Part shown: one piece after another, positions 1 through 10,000 of the stretch
How positions within the stretch are numbered: the stretch's first letter is position 1
How the letters are laid out: every line of letters begins with the position of its first letter
Assembly (NCBI GenBank): GCA_041659785.1
Contig: JBAZXO010000003.1
Coordinates: forward strand, 1,099 to 65,098
DNA length: 64,000 bases
Direction of reading: 5' to 3'
Source: Minisyncoccota bacterium
GTDB lineage: Bacteria; Patescibacteriota; Minisyncoccia; Phycocordibacterales; UBA9973
The notes under the pieces: model-generated
Databases searched by the model: none
What the model saw: only the letters and a program-made list of their open reading frames with translations
Told to the model about the DNA's origin: nothing
Position numbers and translations under genes: made by a program

Positions 1-191
1 CCCATAGTAGATTTTTGAAATTTGTAATATCATACATGCTTTATGGCGACAAGCTTACAGCATCACAATATAACAATCTGAGTTATTTCAATAAAATAAA
101 TAATGCTGGTATGGCTATCTGTTTATACACTCATCATTGGTTCAAAAAAGACGAATGGAAGCTCTTGGTCTGGAATGATTTAGATTAAATT

Positions 192-464
192 TTAAATTTC
201 AACTATTAAAAGTTTGCTAGGGTGATGATGCCCGTTCACAATCCGAACTTTATTTTTAGATATTTTGTAATGCTCTCTTATAATTTCTAGGATACGGTTA
301 TTCGCCATATTATTCTCTGCTTTTTCTTTTACTGAAATATCAAAATGGTCTGGTTTTTTTGCTTGCCCCGCTGGGCGGGGTGAAAAAATTTCTTTTTTAG
401 CCCCTGCTGTGACCTTCACATAGATATAAAAACTTTTCTGTATTTTATTTATTTTACCTGACAT
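192..464 (-). CDS. DUF167 (YggU-like) small protein
   Basis: 90-aa ORF with a KVTAGAKK...G-rich core typical of the UPF0235/DUF167 family. Overlaps the stop of the upstream protease gene by 16 nt. Contains GC-rich palindrome 366-380. Confidence 0.5.
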   Translation of the reverse strand: MSGKINKIQKSFYIYVKVTAGAKKEIFSPRPAGQAKKPDHFDISVKEKAENNMANNRILEIIREHYKISKNKVRIVNGHHHPSKLLIVEI

Positions 465-1426
465 TTTGTTTTTAACTCTGTAATATCAGCGTTAGTTAGA
501 ACTTCGTTATTACCCTGGTTGAGTTCATACATAATCGCTTTTGGATCTTTCACATGATCCAGACCTAAAGCATGGCCGAGCTCATGGGCGAACACCCGCA
601 CGAGCTTGGCCCTGGAGCTGAATTCATAAATATCTATTTCCCTATTTGATCCATCAGATGAATAAACTCCCTCTTCAAAGGATTCCCCGCGAGATACATT
701 TGTCGTATTATATTTCTCAACAGACAAATTTAACGTCGATACCAGGCGATTGAGTGCGACAACAAATGCATTTATGTCATCTGCCATTTTATTTATATTA
801 TTTTGCATATCTTGCAATGTTTTAGACTGAGACTCCAAAGCTAAGTTCTCCGCCTGAAGCCTGTCATATTCTGCCTGTGGTGCTCCGCCTTGTTCATTCC
901 AATACTTTACATCTGTTTCATAAGCCAGCTTCCTTTGATTAAAAATCTGTATTCGTGAGTTGAAATTATTTTTTGCTGTATCGTATGCCACATTAAGTGT
1001 TTCATATTTTATTTTTAGCATATCGTATGAAGCGCGGTTATCTTTTACCACAATACCAAGATCTGCCAACTTACTAGTAGCTTGTTGTCTGTAGTCATAT
1101 ACTAAATTAATTTTCAAAACACTACTATTCGTATCTGTGGGAGCATAGATAAAAAGATTTTTACCGTAAGGTTTTTCCCAGACAGCTTCTGCATCAATAA
1201 GAGCACTTAAAAAATAGCTTTTTGAAATATTGAATTGTGTGTTAAAAGTTCCGAGATTGTATGATATAGGTTCCGCACAAGGAATTTGTGTTACAAAAAT
1301 TCCTGTAATATTATTTTTTAAATTATCTAAAAGAGGTAAAAATTGCGGACCAAGTGAAGACCGAAATTGATACACAATTACTCCGACAAAAAAGACGACT
1401 ATCAAAAATTTTAAAACCTTTTTCAT
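449..1426 (-). CDS. secreted or membrane-anchored zinc metalloprotease (metzincin/matrixin-like)
   Basis: N-terminal hydrophobic signal/anchor (MKKVLKFLIVVFFVGVIVY). C-terminal HELGHALGLDH motif (HExxHxxGxxH) followed by a Met-turn-like IMY. Central coiled-coil segment. Confidence 0.7.
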   Translation of the reverse strand: MKKVLKFLIVVFFVGVIVYQFRSSLGPQFLPLLDNLKNNITGIFVTQIPCAEPISYNLGTFNTQFNISKSYFLSALIDAEAVWEKPYGKNLFIYAPTDTNSSVLKINLVYDYRQQATSKLADLGIVVKDNRASYDMLKIKYETLNVAYDTAKNNFNSRIQIFNQRKLAYETDVKYWNEQGGAPQAEYDRLQAENLALESQSKTLQDMQNNINKMADDINAFVVALNRLVSTLNLSVEKYNTTNVSRGESFEEGVYSSDGSNREIDIYEFSSRAKLVRVFAHELGHALGLDHVKDPKAIMYELNQGNNEVLTNADITELKTKCQVK

Positions 1427-1455
1427 GTTATATAAATAGTACCATAAATAAAAAT

Positions 1456-1474
1456 GGGAGGCCTGTGGCCTCCC
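1456..1474 (-). terminator. rho-independent terminator candidate for the small-paralog operon
   Basis: Perfect GC hairpin gggaggcc-tgt-ggcctccc. On the minus strand it is followed by ATTTTTATTTAT, directly 3' of the ORF ending at 1492. Confidence 0.5.
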
Positions 1475-1491
1475 GATCGTCTTGTTTGGGA

Positions 1492-1734
1492 TTAAATTAT
1501 CCCCTGCCTTGCAGATGCTCGTAGTTCATCTCTTTCTTTAAGGAAATTTATTGCCGCCTCAACCTCATTGGCACCCCTACCTTCAATTTGGCAAGGTTTT
1601 CCTTCGTATACAGAGAGTGTAAAACAGCATCGGCCTTCTCCGTCACGAGAAAACCCAGACCCGCTTACTTGTATGGCCTCTTTTGCAGGCCCGGACAGAA
1701 AAGGATTAACCCTTACTTTTTCGTCTGGTTCCAT
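1492..1734 (-). CDS. small conserved hypothetical protein, paralog A of tandem triplet
   Basis: 80-aa ORF with AGGAG RBS 7 nt upstream of ATG at 1734. Paralogous to the two upstream ORFs (shared GxG-[S/A]xxE-AAxxA C-terminal core). Confidence 0.5.
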   Translation of the reverse strand: MEPDEKVRVNPFLSGPAKEAIQVSGSGFSRDGEGRCCFTLSVYEGKPCQIEGRGANEVEAAINFLKERDELRASARQGII

Positions 1735-1984
1735 TGGGAACTCCTTTCGTTTGGAAAAAACTTTGCCATCGGACTCTATCCTTCAAGGCATTTTCGGCTG
1801 CTTCGTTCGCAGAGAGACCTTGTCCTCCTGCAAAACAAATTACTTTCCTTCCCTTTATTACTGGGATAAGAAAAAAATCAACAGCACCTATCCCGAGGTA
1901 GATTGCCCCCTCTATTTTCATGGCCTCTTGAGCGGGCCCCTCTGGAAAACGGTTAAAGCTTTCCGTCTTGCTTGGTTCCGGCAT
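1706..1984 (-). CDS. small conserved hypothetical protein, paralog B of tandem triplet
   Basis: Start set at internal MPEPSK (ATG 1984), which has an AAACGAAAGGAGTTCC 5'UTR nearly identical to that of paralog A. The longer ORF-track start at 2014 lacks an RBS. Confidence 0.5.
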   Translation of the reverse strand: MPEPSKTESFNRFPEGPAQEAMKIEGAIYLGIGAVDFFLIPVIKGRKVICFAGGQGLSANEAAENALKDRVRWQSFFQTKGVPNGTRRKSKG

Positions 1985-2112
1985 AAGGAACTCCTTTCGT
2001 TTCAAACTATACAACTATTTAAAATAAAATCAAGAATATCATATTTTTTATAAAACAGATTTAAATAAATACGGCCGAGGCAAGCTTTTGGCTCACCCCG
2101 GCACGTCGTCGA

Positions 2113-2364
2113 TTAGACTCTAGGATCTTGTCCCAGTCTTTCCAGGAAGTCCCTCAGTCTTTCCCTCGACTTACGGGCATCAGCAGCGGCAGATTCTTTC
2201 GAATCACCAATACCGATTAGCGTCGCGAGTAGAGGATTTCTCTTGTAGAGAGGAAGTAAACAGATATGTTTATCCCCCCTTGAGACAAAAACACCTTCTG
2301 TGTCTGAGGCCTCTTCTCGAGACCTTTCTAATGATGGGTCGGGCCCACCTGCTTCTTGGCTCAT
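2113..2364 (-). CDS. small conserved hypothetical protein, paralog C of tandem triplet
   Basis: Start set at MSQEAGGPD (ATG 2364) preceded by GGAAAGGAGCTCC RBS. Shares the LIGIGDSKESAAADA core with paralogs A and B. Confidence 0.45.
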   Translation of the reverse strand: MSQEAGGPDPSLERSREEASDTEGVFVSRGDKHICLLPLYKRNPLLATLIGIGDSKESAAADARKSRERLRDFLERLGQDPRV

Positions 2365-2427
2365 AAGGAGCTCCTTTCCAAAATAGAAGATAGCAAGAAT
2401 TAAAAATAAAATCAAGAAAAAATATTT

Positions 2428-3459
2428 TTATTTCTCGCTCAAGGTATATCTGTCTAAAATTGCTTCAAACATTAGTGGGGCTACGATGGTAGCGTCGGAC
2501 TCTATTACGAACATTGGAGTTTCTTTTGTGAGTTTATCCCAAGTAATTTTTTCATTTGGAGTTGCACCAGAATATGAACCATAAGATGTAGTACTGTCTG
2601 AAATCTGACAGAAATATCCCCAGGGTCGTACGGGCTTCTTTAAGTCATATTTTATAGAAGGCACTACGCATATAGGGAAATCTCCAGAGATACCTCCACC
2701 TATTTGGAAGAATCCAAGCCCAGGGCCACCAGCTGCGAGCCTTGTGTATTCATCATACAAATACATCATGTATTCCACGCCTGTCTTCATTACATTAGGC
2801 TTAATTTCTCCTGCTTTACAGTAGCCAGCGAAAATATTTCCTAATGTAGAATCTTCCCAACCTGGCACAACGATAGGCAAATTCTTTTTCGCTGCTTCAA
2901 GGAGCCAGCAATGTTCAGGATTACCTTCATATTTATCTTTCAATTCATCCGAAAGAAGTATCTGGTAAAAATACTCATGAGGAAAATATCTCTCCCCTTT
3001 TTCTTGCGCTTCACGCCACCTTTTTAAAATAATTGGTTCAACGACACGGAATGCTTCTTCTTCAGGGATAGATGTGTCAGTCACTCTTCTCTCCCCTCTG
3101 TTTAAAATGGCTTCATCATCTTCTTTTGTGAAATATCTATAATCTGGATAATCTTTATAACTATTATGTGCAACTAACCTAAACACAGATTCTTCTAAAT
3201 TTGCTCCGGTGCAAGACACTGCATGTATTTTATTTTCTTTTATCATTGAAGCCAGAGTCACACCCATCTGAGCAGAAGACATCGCTCCACCCATTGCAAG
3301 GAACATCTTCCCTCCATCGTCTAAGTGTTTCTTATATGCCAAAGTGGCATCCTTCATCGCACGAGCATTAAAATTATGGAATAATTTTTGAAATAAACCT
3401 AGAATTGAAATTTCATTTTTCATATAATTATTTAAGTTGTGCCTCAAGACGCTCAACAC
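2428..3459 (-). CDS. deoxyhypusine synthase-like (DHS/homospermidine synthase family) protein
   Basis: 343 aa. Motifs match DHS family: MGGAMSSAQMGVTLA...SCTGANLEE, QIGGGISGDF, ISDSTTSYGSYSGATPNEKITWDKL, and a C-terminal ATIVAPLMF segment. Confidence 0.7.
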   Translation of the reverse strand: MLSVLRHNLNNYMKNEISILGLFQKLFHNFNARAMKDATLAYKKHLDDGGKMFLAMGGAMSSAQMGVTLASMIKENKIHAVSCTGANLEESVFRLVAHNSYKDYPDYRYFTKEDDEAILNRGERRVTDTSIPEEEAFRVVEPIILKRWREAQEKGERYFPHEYFYQILLSDELKDKYEGNPEHCWLLEAAKKNLPIVVPGWEDSTLGNIFAGYCKAGEIKPNVMKTGVEYMMYLYDEYTRLAAGGPGLGFFQIGGGISGDFPICVVPSIKYDLKKPVRPWGYFCQISDSTTSYGSYSGATPNEKITWDKLTKETPMFVIESDATIVAPLMFEAILDRYTLSEK

Positions 3460-3751
3460 GAATTTTTAAATCTTCAACATCTCTTTCTTGTCTAATGTCT
3501 GTGTGTATTAGACTAGCCATAGTTTGTCTGTGTTCTCTAGCTTCTTCTGCATAAATCTGCATTTGTTTAAAGATCAACTCAAAAGCTTTATCATGTCGGA
3601 TCAATCTTTGATCTATTTTATCAAATCTTTCATCCATCTTATCAAATCTTTCATCCATCTTAGAAAAAGACTTGGCAATAGAAGTCATAGCCTTTTCAAA
3701 AATAGGTATAGTTACATATTTTTCAGTTGTTTTTTTAACAATCTTTTTCAT
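3428..3751 (-). CDS. small coiled-coil protein with internal 7-aa tandem repeat (MDERFDK x2)
   Basis: ORF trimmed to MKKIVKK start (ATG at 3751). The longer reading from 3859 would translate the GC-rich hairpin repeats (GEGKERGEGI). 21-nt tandem DNA repeat around 3600-3660. Confidence 0.4.
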   Translation of the reverse strand: MKKIVKKTTEKYVTIPIFEKAMTSIAKSFSKMDERFDKMDERFDKIDQRLIRHDKAFELIFKQMQIYAEEAREHRQTMASLIHTDIRQERDVEDLKIRVERLEAQLK

Positions 3752-3780
3752 AATTCGTATTATATCATAGCAAAAAAATA

Positions 3781-4040
3781 AAGTGCAAATCCCCTCACCC
3801 CTTTCTTTCCCCTCTCCATAATTAAAATTATGGAGAGGGGTTGAGAGAAAATGCAACACAATCCCCTCACCCCTTTCTTTCCCCTCTCCATAATTAAAAT
3901 TATGGAGAGGGGTTGGGGAGAGGAGAATTAATTAAGAACCCTCTCTCCTTTAACCCCCTTACTCCCCCTTGTCAGGGGGAAACCATTTGCCTCCCCTGAT
4001 AAGGGGAGGTCGGGAGGGGTTGGAGAGAGGAGAGGAGAAT
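3781..4040. repeat. cluster of GC-rich hairpin repeats (two copies of a ~60-bp unit plus further palindromes)
   Basis: Unit aatcccctcacccctttctttcccctctccataattaaaattatggagaggggttg occurs twice (about 3781-3836 and 3856-3911). Each carries a 15-bp perfect inverted repeat cccctctccataatt/aattatggagagggg. Further hairpins: cccccttgtcaggggg and cctcccctgataaggggagg. Strongly GC-rich relative to surroundings. Confidence 0.8.
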
Positions 4041-7000
4041 TTAGGGAGTCGTTGGAGAAGGAGCTGGTACGGGATTAGGTGCTGGAGTAGGTACAGGATC
4101 AGGAACTGGGACTGGAGTTGGTGTAGGTACAGGAGCTGGTACTGGATCAACTACTGGTACTGGTGCGGGATCTGGAGTTGGGGTTGGGGCAGGAACAGGT
4201 GCTGGGGTAGGCGTAGGTGTGGGAGTTGGTGTGGGAGTTGGTAAAGAACCTGCGGGGTGTGCAAGCAAGAGCAATGCACGGACATCATCTTTCGTTAGAC
4301 ATTCGCCATCTATACAAATCTTTTCTTTTGCATTAAATACATTTGCAAACACATCCCCTATCCCATTTGTGGCATCTGCGAGCCAAGTGCCGACTTTCGC
4401 ATAAACATTATTAAAGAAGGCTGTTACGAAAGATTCAGTAGCGGGTGAAATAGTTTGTCCCGAACTTAGCTGAAGGGTGCCAGAAACTCCTTCAATATTT
4501 AAATTCATTTCTTGAATTGCTTTGACCGTGGTAGACAATATAGCATTCGTGTCTAATCCATAAGGCTTACCTTCTGCATCGTGGGTGGCAAATTCTGGAG
4601 TAACAGCAGCGACTTCTTCAGAGATGAATCCGAAATGGATTGCATTGCCTAAATTCATATCTCCGTTGAAAATATAAGAAACAGGACGAAGGGCCATGAC
4701 ACTAGGAAGCCCAGATGCAAGATCCGTTATAGTGTTTTTAAACTCTCTCCTCGATGGAGCACAAATTATATTTCCTGAAGCGTCAGCATTCAATCCTCCC
4801 GCCGTCGTACAACCTTTCTGCTGGACAACACCTGTATTGGTTACACTAAATTTACTTACCCCTCCCACCTGTGCATCAATCAAATATTGAACACCAGAAC
4901 CGACAGATGTTTCAGTCCTATTTATAAGCAAATCTATGTTGGCAGCAGTTGAAGTAACCTGGTTGTAAACTGGGGCGATTACAAGAGGAGATGTTGTGCC
5001 AGCTGTGTTGGTAAACGTTGGCAAAAGTTGAAATGGAACTTTACCAGCCGCTCCCGAAAATGTCTCATTTATGACAGATAAAATTCCACCAGTTAAAGGT
5101 GACAGATATGGTATTCTCAATGCACCAAGAGTACTTATAGTTGCTTTACTTACTCCGCCAAACTGAGCATCTAAAATTAAACCTGTTGAACCTGCATTAG
5201 CTTGATTTACAGTAAGAGCTGAATTTGCATCGGCAATATTTCTGGAAATTATAGTGCCAGTTGTAGATGAAAGAATAGTTGAATTATTTCCAGTAGCATT
5301 GTTAGATAATCCTAATGCATAAACTTTATCAGTAAGAGCTACATAATTGGCAGTTACAGCCCCCGTATTATCCACCTTAAATTTACTAACACTCCCCACC
5401 TGTGCATCAATCAAGAGCTGAGCACCAGAGCCGACGGCAGTTTCTACGCGGTTAATGAGCAAGTCTGTATTGGCGGCTGTACTTGCGACTTGATTATATG
5501 GTGCGTAAATTTGTACGATTGCCTGAGTGCCAGATGTGTTAGTTCGAGTAACACCTGACCCAATTCCAAGCAACGAACCTGAAGTAGTTCCGGAAGCGGA
5601 ATAGTTTGAATACAATCCTGAATTTGGCACTGATGATGGAGCTGCTGTAGAAGTGTAATAACTTGTTGTTGATATTATACCTCCAGCAATTATTCCACTA
5701 TTCATTGTCAATACTCCCGTTTTATTTACTGATATTAGATTTGTAGTTCCTGTTGCTCCACCGAGAATTTGAAGGGGTAATGCAGTAGCCGCAGAAGCTG
5801 TGTCAGTAATGGTGTATTTAATACCAACAGGTGCTCCTGTCGTATTCCAAGTCTGAGCAATATTTAATGCTGAGCCTGCAAGTGAACCCGAGCCAGCGAG
5901 AGTGGTGTCTAGGATGTCGAGTTTTGCAGTAGGTGTTGTTTGCCCTATCCCCACGTTGCCACCAATTCGCGTTATGGTTAGTGCGTTGCTATCAACAGAA
6001 GAATTACGAGCTGTAATATTTAAGTTACCCGTTGAACCTGAATAGAAAAAACCAAACCCATTAGCAGCACTGCTCCACGTAGTTGCCAAAGATTGAAATG
6101 ATAACGCTGGGATAATATCACTGTTGCCACTATTTATTTGGGTGGAAGCACCAGAGCTATTAGACAAAATAGACAAGAGACTTTGCGGTGTCGTCGTTCC
6201 TATCCCTACATTCCCCGTACTCCCTACTTGAAGTCCAGTATAAGCAATATTGTAAGCTTGGGAGGTAACAGTTTGAGAAGTGGAAACAGTGAGGCTTGTG
6301 GTTGAACCAAATGCAGTAATTGTTCCTGCACTTGTTCCGTTTGCAAATACGAATTGTGAACCCACCATAGCGGAAGTCCATACAGTACCCACACCTGTTA
6401 TTGTGGTCAGAGATTGTGAGGCTGTGCCTGTGCTGTACTGCGTAGGGGTTACAGAGAGGATACCACTGGGTGCTATCGTGCCAATGCCGACGTTGCCTGT
6501 ACTGTCTATCCTTAGACGATTTACTCCAGCAATTTGTAAATCCAAATTAAGAGGAGTGCTAATAATCGCTCTATCAGTATCCCAAGTTAATACACCTCGA
6601 CTGTTACCAGTTAAAGCTTGTCCCCATTGAAATACTCCGTCGCTACCCATTCCTCCTCTTTCACCAACTTGAAACAATAATGTAGGGTTCGTCGTCCCGA
6701 TACCGACGTTGCCGGTCGTGAGTACAGTTAATTTAGAATCAGATAAATTAATACCCGTACCAATCGAATACGCAGAATTACCTGCACCGCCGTTATAAGC
6801 CGTACCAGTCATCCAATCTGTCGTCCCGTTAGTAGCGTAGTTCGTAAGAGCAAAACGGGCAGTCGAAACACGGTTAAGCTCAACATTAGTGAAGCCTGCG
6901 GCATTCGTATTCTCAAATATCGCAGTTGGAAGCGTATCTGCAGAATTGCGTACGACATGCAAGTTTGCCGTCGGCCCCGTCGTCCCGATACCGACATTTC

Positions 7001-10000
7001 CTCCTCCTTGTTGTAAAACTAAATTTCCATAATTTACTCCTCCTCCAATAATATTATCAATCACTCCATAGGTATCTCCAGTTGCAGCACCATGTCCAAA
7101 TCTAAGAAGTGAACCAGCTGAACCGAATGTAAAAGTACTTGTAGTTGTATAAATTCCATTATTGGGGCTTGTTGGTACTTCTCTTACCTCAAACGCTGCA
7201 TTTGGTGTTGATGTTCCAACTCCTATCTTCCCATTCCCTAAAACTACCATTCTTGTCCCACCAACCAATGTGTATGAAAGTCCTGAAGCAGTTGTAGAAA
7301 ATGCTACAGAAACAGTTAATACTGTATCACTTGAGATTGTTGCAATTGTTCGAACAGTTTCCCCTGATACTGTTATGGTGTCACCCACCTTAAACATATT
7401 TATAAATTTGGTACTTGTACCAGTTAATGTAGTAGTTCCATTTGTAGCAACAGTTCCCACTCCAGCAGTTCCCTGGGCGACAGAGAAATTTGATGAACTA
7501 TTTCCTAAGCCCGTTACAGCAAGAGTCGTGCTAACACTCACATTCCCCGTGTTGGTTGCTAAAGATATATTTCCTGAACCTGCTCCATGTCCTATAAAGA
7601 TACTAGCATTAGGCCCAATATTTAAATCATTACTTGCATCAATGTCTGCCAATCTAAGATTGGCTGTATTTGCCGCATTCCTTACATAAAGACCACTAGT
7701 ATTACTGAGCAGAATATTTCCAGCCACTTCCAATTTCTGCACTGGGGCTGTTACACCTACCCCTAAATTACCACTAATTATCATATTTCCTGCTCCAGGG
7801 TCTGTTGCGACATAACTATTTCCAAGAGATAAACCACCCGTGGTGGTCAATCTCATTTTTTCTGTAGCAACTGCGAGGTTACTAGCTGAAGTATAAAATT
7901 GTTGTGTGTATCCTACCGTTCTAAAATGTAAAGCTCCACTATTGCTAGAATCAAAAGCATTCAAACTTATTGTATTTGCAACAGGTTTAGCACTGTATAA
8001 CGTAGCATCTGTTGCTTCACTTATTTCTAATTTACCCCTAGGCCCCGTTGTGCCAATGCCGACGTTTCCATTGCCTCCAATTGTTATTCCACCTATACCA
8101 TCATAAGCACTAGTTGGAGTTTCTATTCTTATGGCATTCACAGGATTTCCAGAAGTGACTTGTCTTCCTTGTAAAATTAATCCAACACCATTTACAGAAT
8201 TTCCTTGTCCTGCTACCAAATATCCATAAGGTGTGCCTGCACCGTATCTGCCCAAATAATATTTTCCAGATGAATCATCAAGAATTTCCGATGAACCATT
8301 CACACTCAATTTCTGTCCCGGCGTCACTGTTCCGATACCGACGTTGCCAGAAGTTGTCGCCATATTTACACCACCAAGAAAAGCAGAGGAGTTAACTGTG
8401 TCATCTATTAAAATTCTTTTAAGAGCATGTAAACCGTAATCACCTGAAGTAACATAAATACCATTTGCAGCTGAATTTACGCTTAAAGCGTAGTTAACAT
8501 TCCCAGCACCTCCCACACTTAATAAAGAAACCGGTGCCGTTGTCCCAATCCCGACATTCCCATTTGTATCAATCCTCATTTTTTCTGCACTGTTAATAGA
8601 AAATATATATTTTCCTAGAGTAGCAGAGGGTAAATCAAACGCCATTTGTGGAGAAGATGCTCCATATCCAGCAATAATATTTGCGTATTCTGTAGATGCT
8701 GCAAAAAATCCTACTTTAGCTAATGTATTTGCTCCAGTCCCATTGTTTGATAATCTAAGAACTTCAGTAGTTGTCCCTGAAGAAGAACTCACTACATCTA
8801 ATTTAGCAGATGGCCCCGTCGTTCCTATCCCGACACGTCCGTTCGTCGTATCAACATTCAAAACATTGGTCGTCCCATCTGCTTTGTTGATTTGAATTGC
8901 AGTAATGGAATCTACGGAAGGATAAATTTTATTTCCTATTAAAGATGCAATTGTCGGAGTCACTATTGTTGGACTCGTATCCACCACAAACTTTGTTCCT
9001 GTTCCTGTTTGTGAAGCGATAGATGTGGCATTACCGACGGAAGTTATAGGACCAGTTAAGTTTGCATTTGTAGTTGCAGAGTCTGCAAGAACTGCTCGTG
9101 CAACATAAAGATTCGGAACGAGCGTTGTAGAAGTGACAACAAGTGGAGCTGTACCAATAGCTAAAGTAGAAATGAATTGATTATCTGTACGAACAGATCC
9201 ACCGGAAACATCCAACTTCGCTCCTGGCGCCTTCGTCCCGATGCCAATATTTCCTGTTGAAATAGTTGCACCTGTTCCATCAAGTGCCGTACCGTAAATC
9301 AAGTTACCGATGTTAAGCTGATTTGAGGCAGTTGCACTTGCTACGGCTACGTCATTACCGATCGAAATGTTGTTAGAACCTGTGGTGACTTGGTTACGAG
9401 AAGCAGCAAGGGTCGAATTACCGAGAAATACATTGCGAGCACCAGTGGTGACACCATAGCCAGACTGATAACCGACGAAAGTGTTGTAGTCGGAGCCATT
9501 AGCCGCGCTAACTCCAGCAGTAAAGCCAACATATACGCCCCCTTGGTTGGTATATAAAGCTAGACCTTGCGCGGCAGAACGACCAATTGCAGTGACCGAA
9601 GTAGCTGCTGTATTATAAACGAGAGCATCTGTACCAGTGGCAGTACTGCCACTACCTGTAGTGTTGTATTTTAAAGAATCCGCACCAGTCGCAACATTGC
9701 CACCACCAGTAGTATTGTATTGAAGAGACCCTGCACCAGTCGCAGTACTCTGATATCCTGTAGTATTGGTATTTAAACTGTTGTAACCATAAGCGGTATT
9801 TTGAGTAGCGGTCGTGCTATTTTGAAGAGATCCTGAACCACTCGCGGTATTTTGAATACCAGTTGTATTTGAAAAAAGAGCTTGGTAGCCATTTGCAGTA
9901 TTTTGATAACCGATATCGTTTTGACTAAGAGCTAGAGCGCCACTTGCGGTGTTGTAATAACCGGTGGTATTTGCACCAAGAGAGTTCGCGCCACTTGCAG

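Noticed and set aside
1568-2053. Plus-strand ORFs 1568-2053 and 1588-1869
   Set aside because: They are antisense to the three RBS-supported small paralog genes. They arise from elevated GC, which reduces stop codons. No RBS.
3752-3859. N-terminal extension of ORF 3428-3859
   Set aside because: The extension merely translates the GC hairpin repeat (GEGKERGEGI). An internal MKKIVKK start is more plausible.
3781-3915. CRISPR array
   Set aside because: Only two direct repeat copies, with a short non-spacer-like interval and no cas genes. The repeats are hairpin-type REP-like units.
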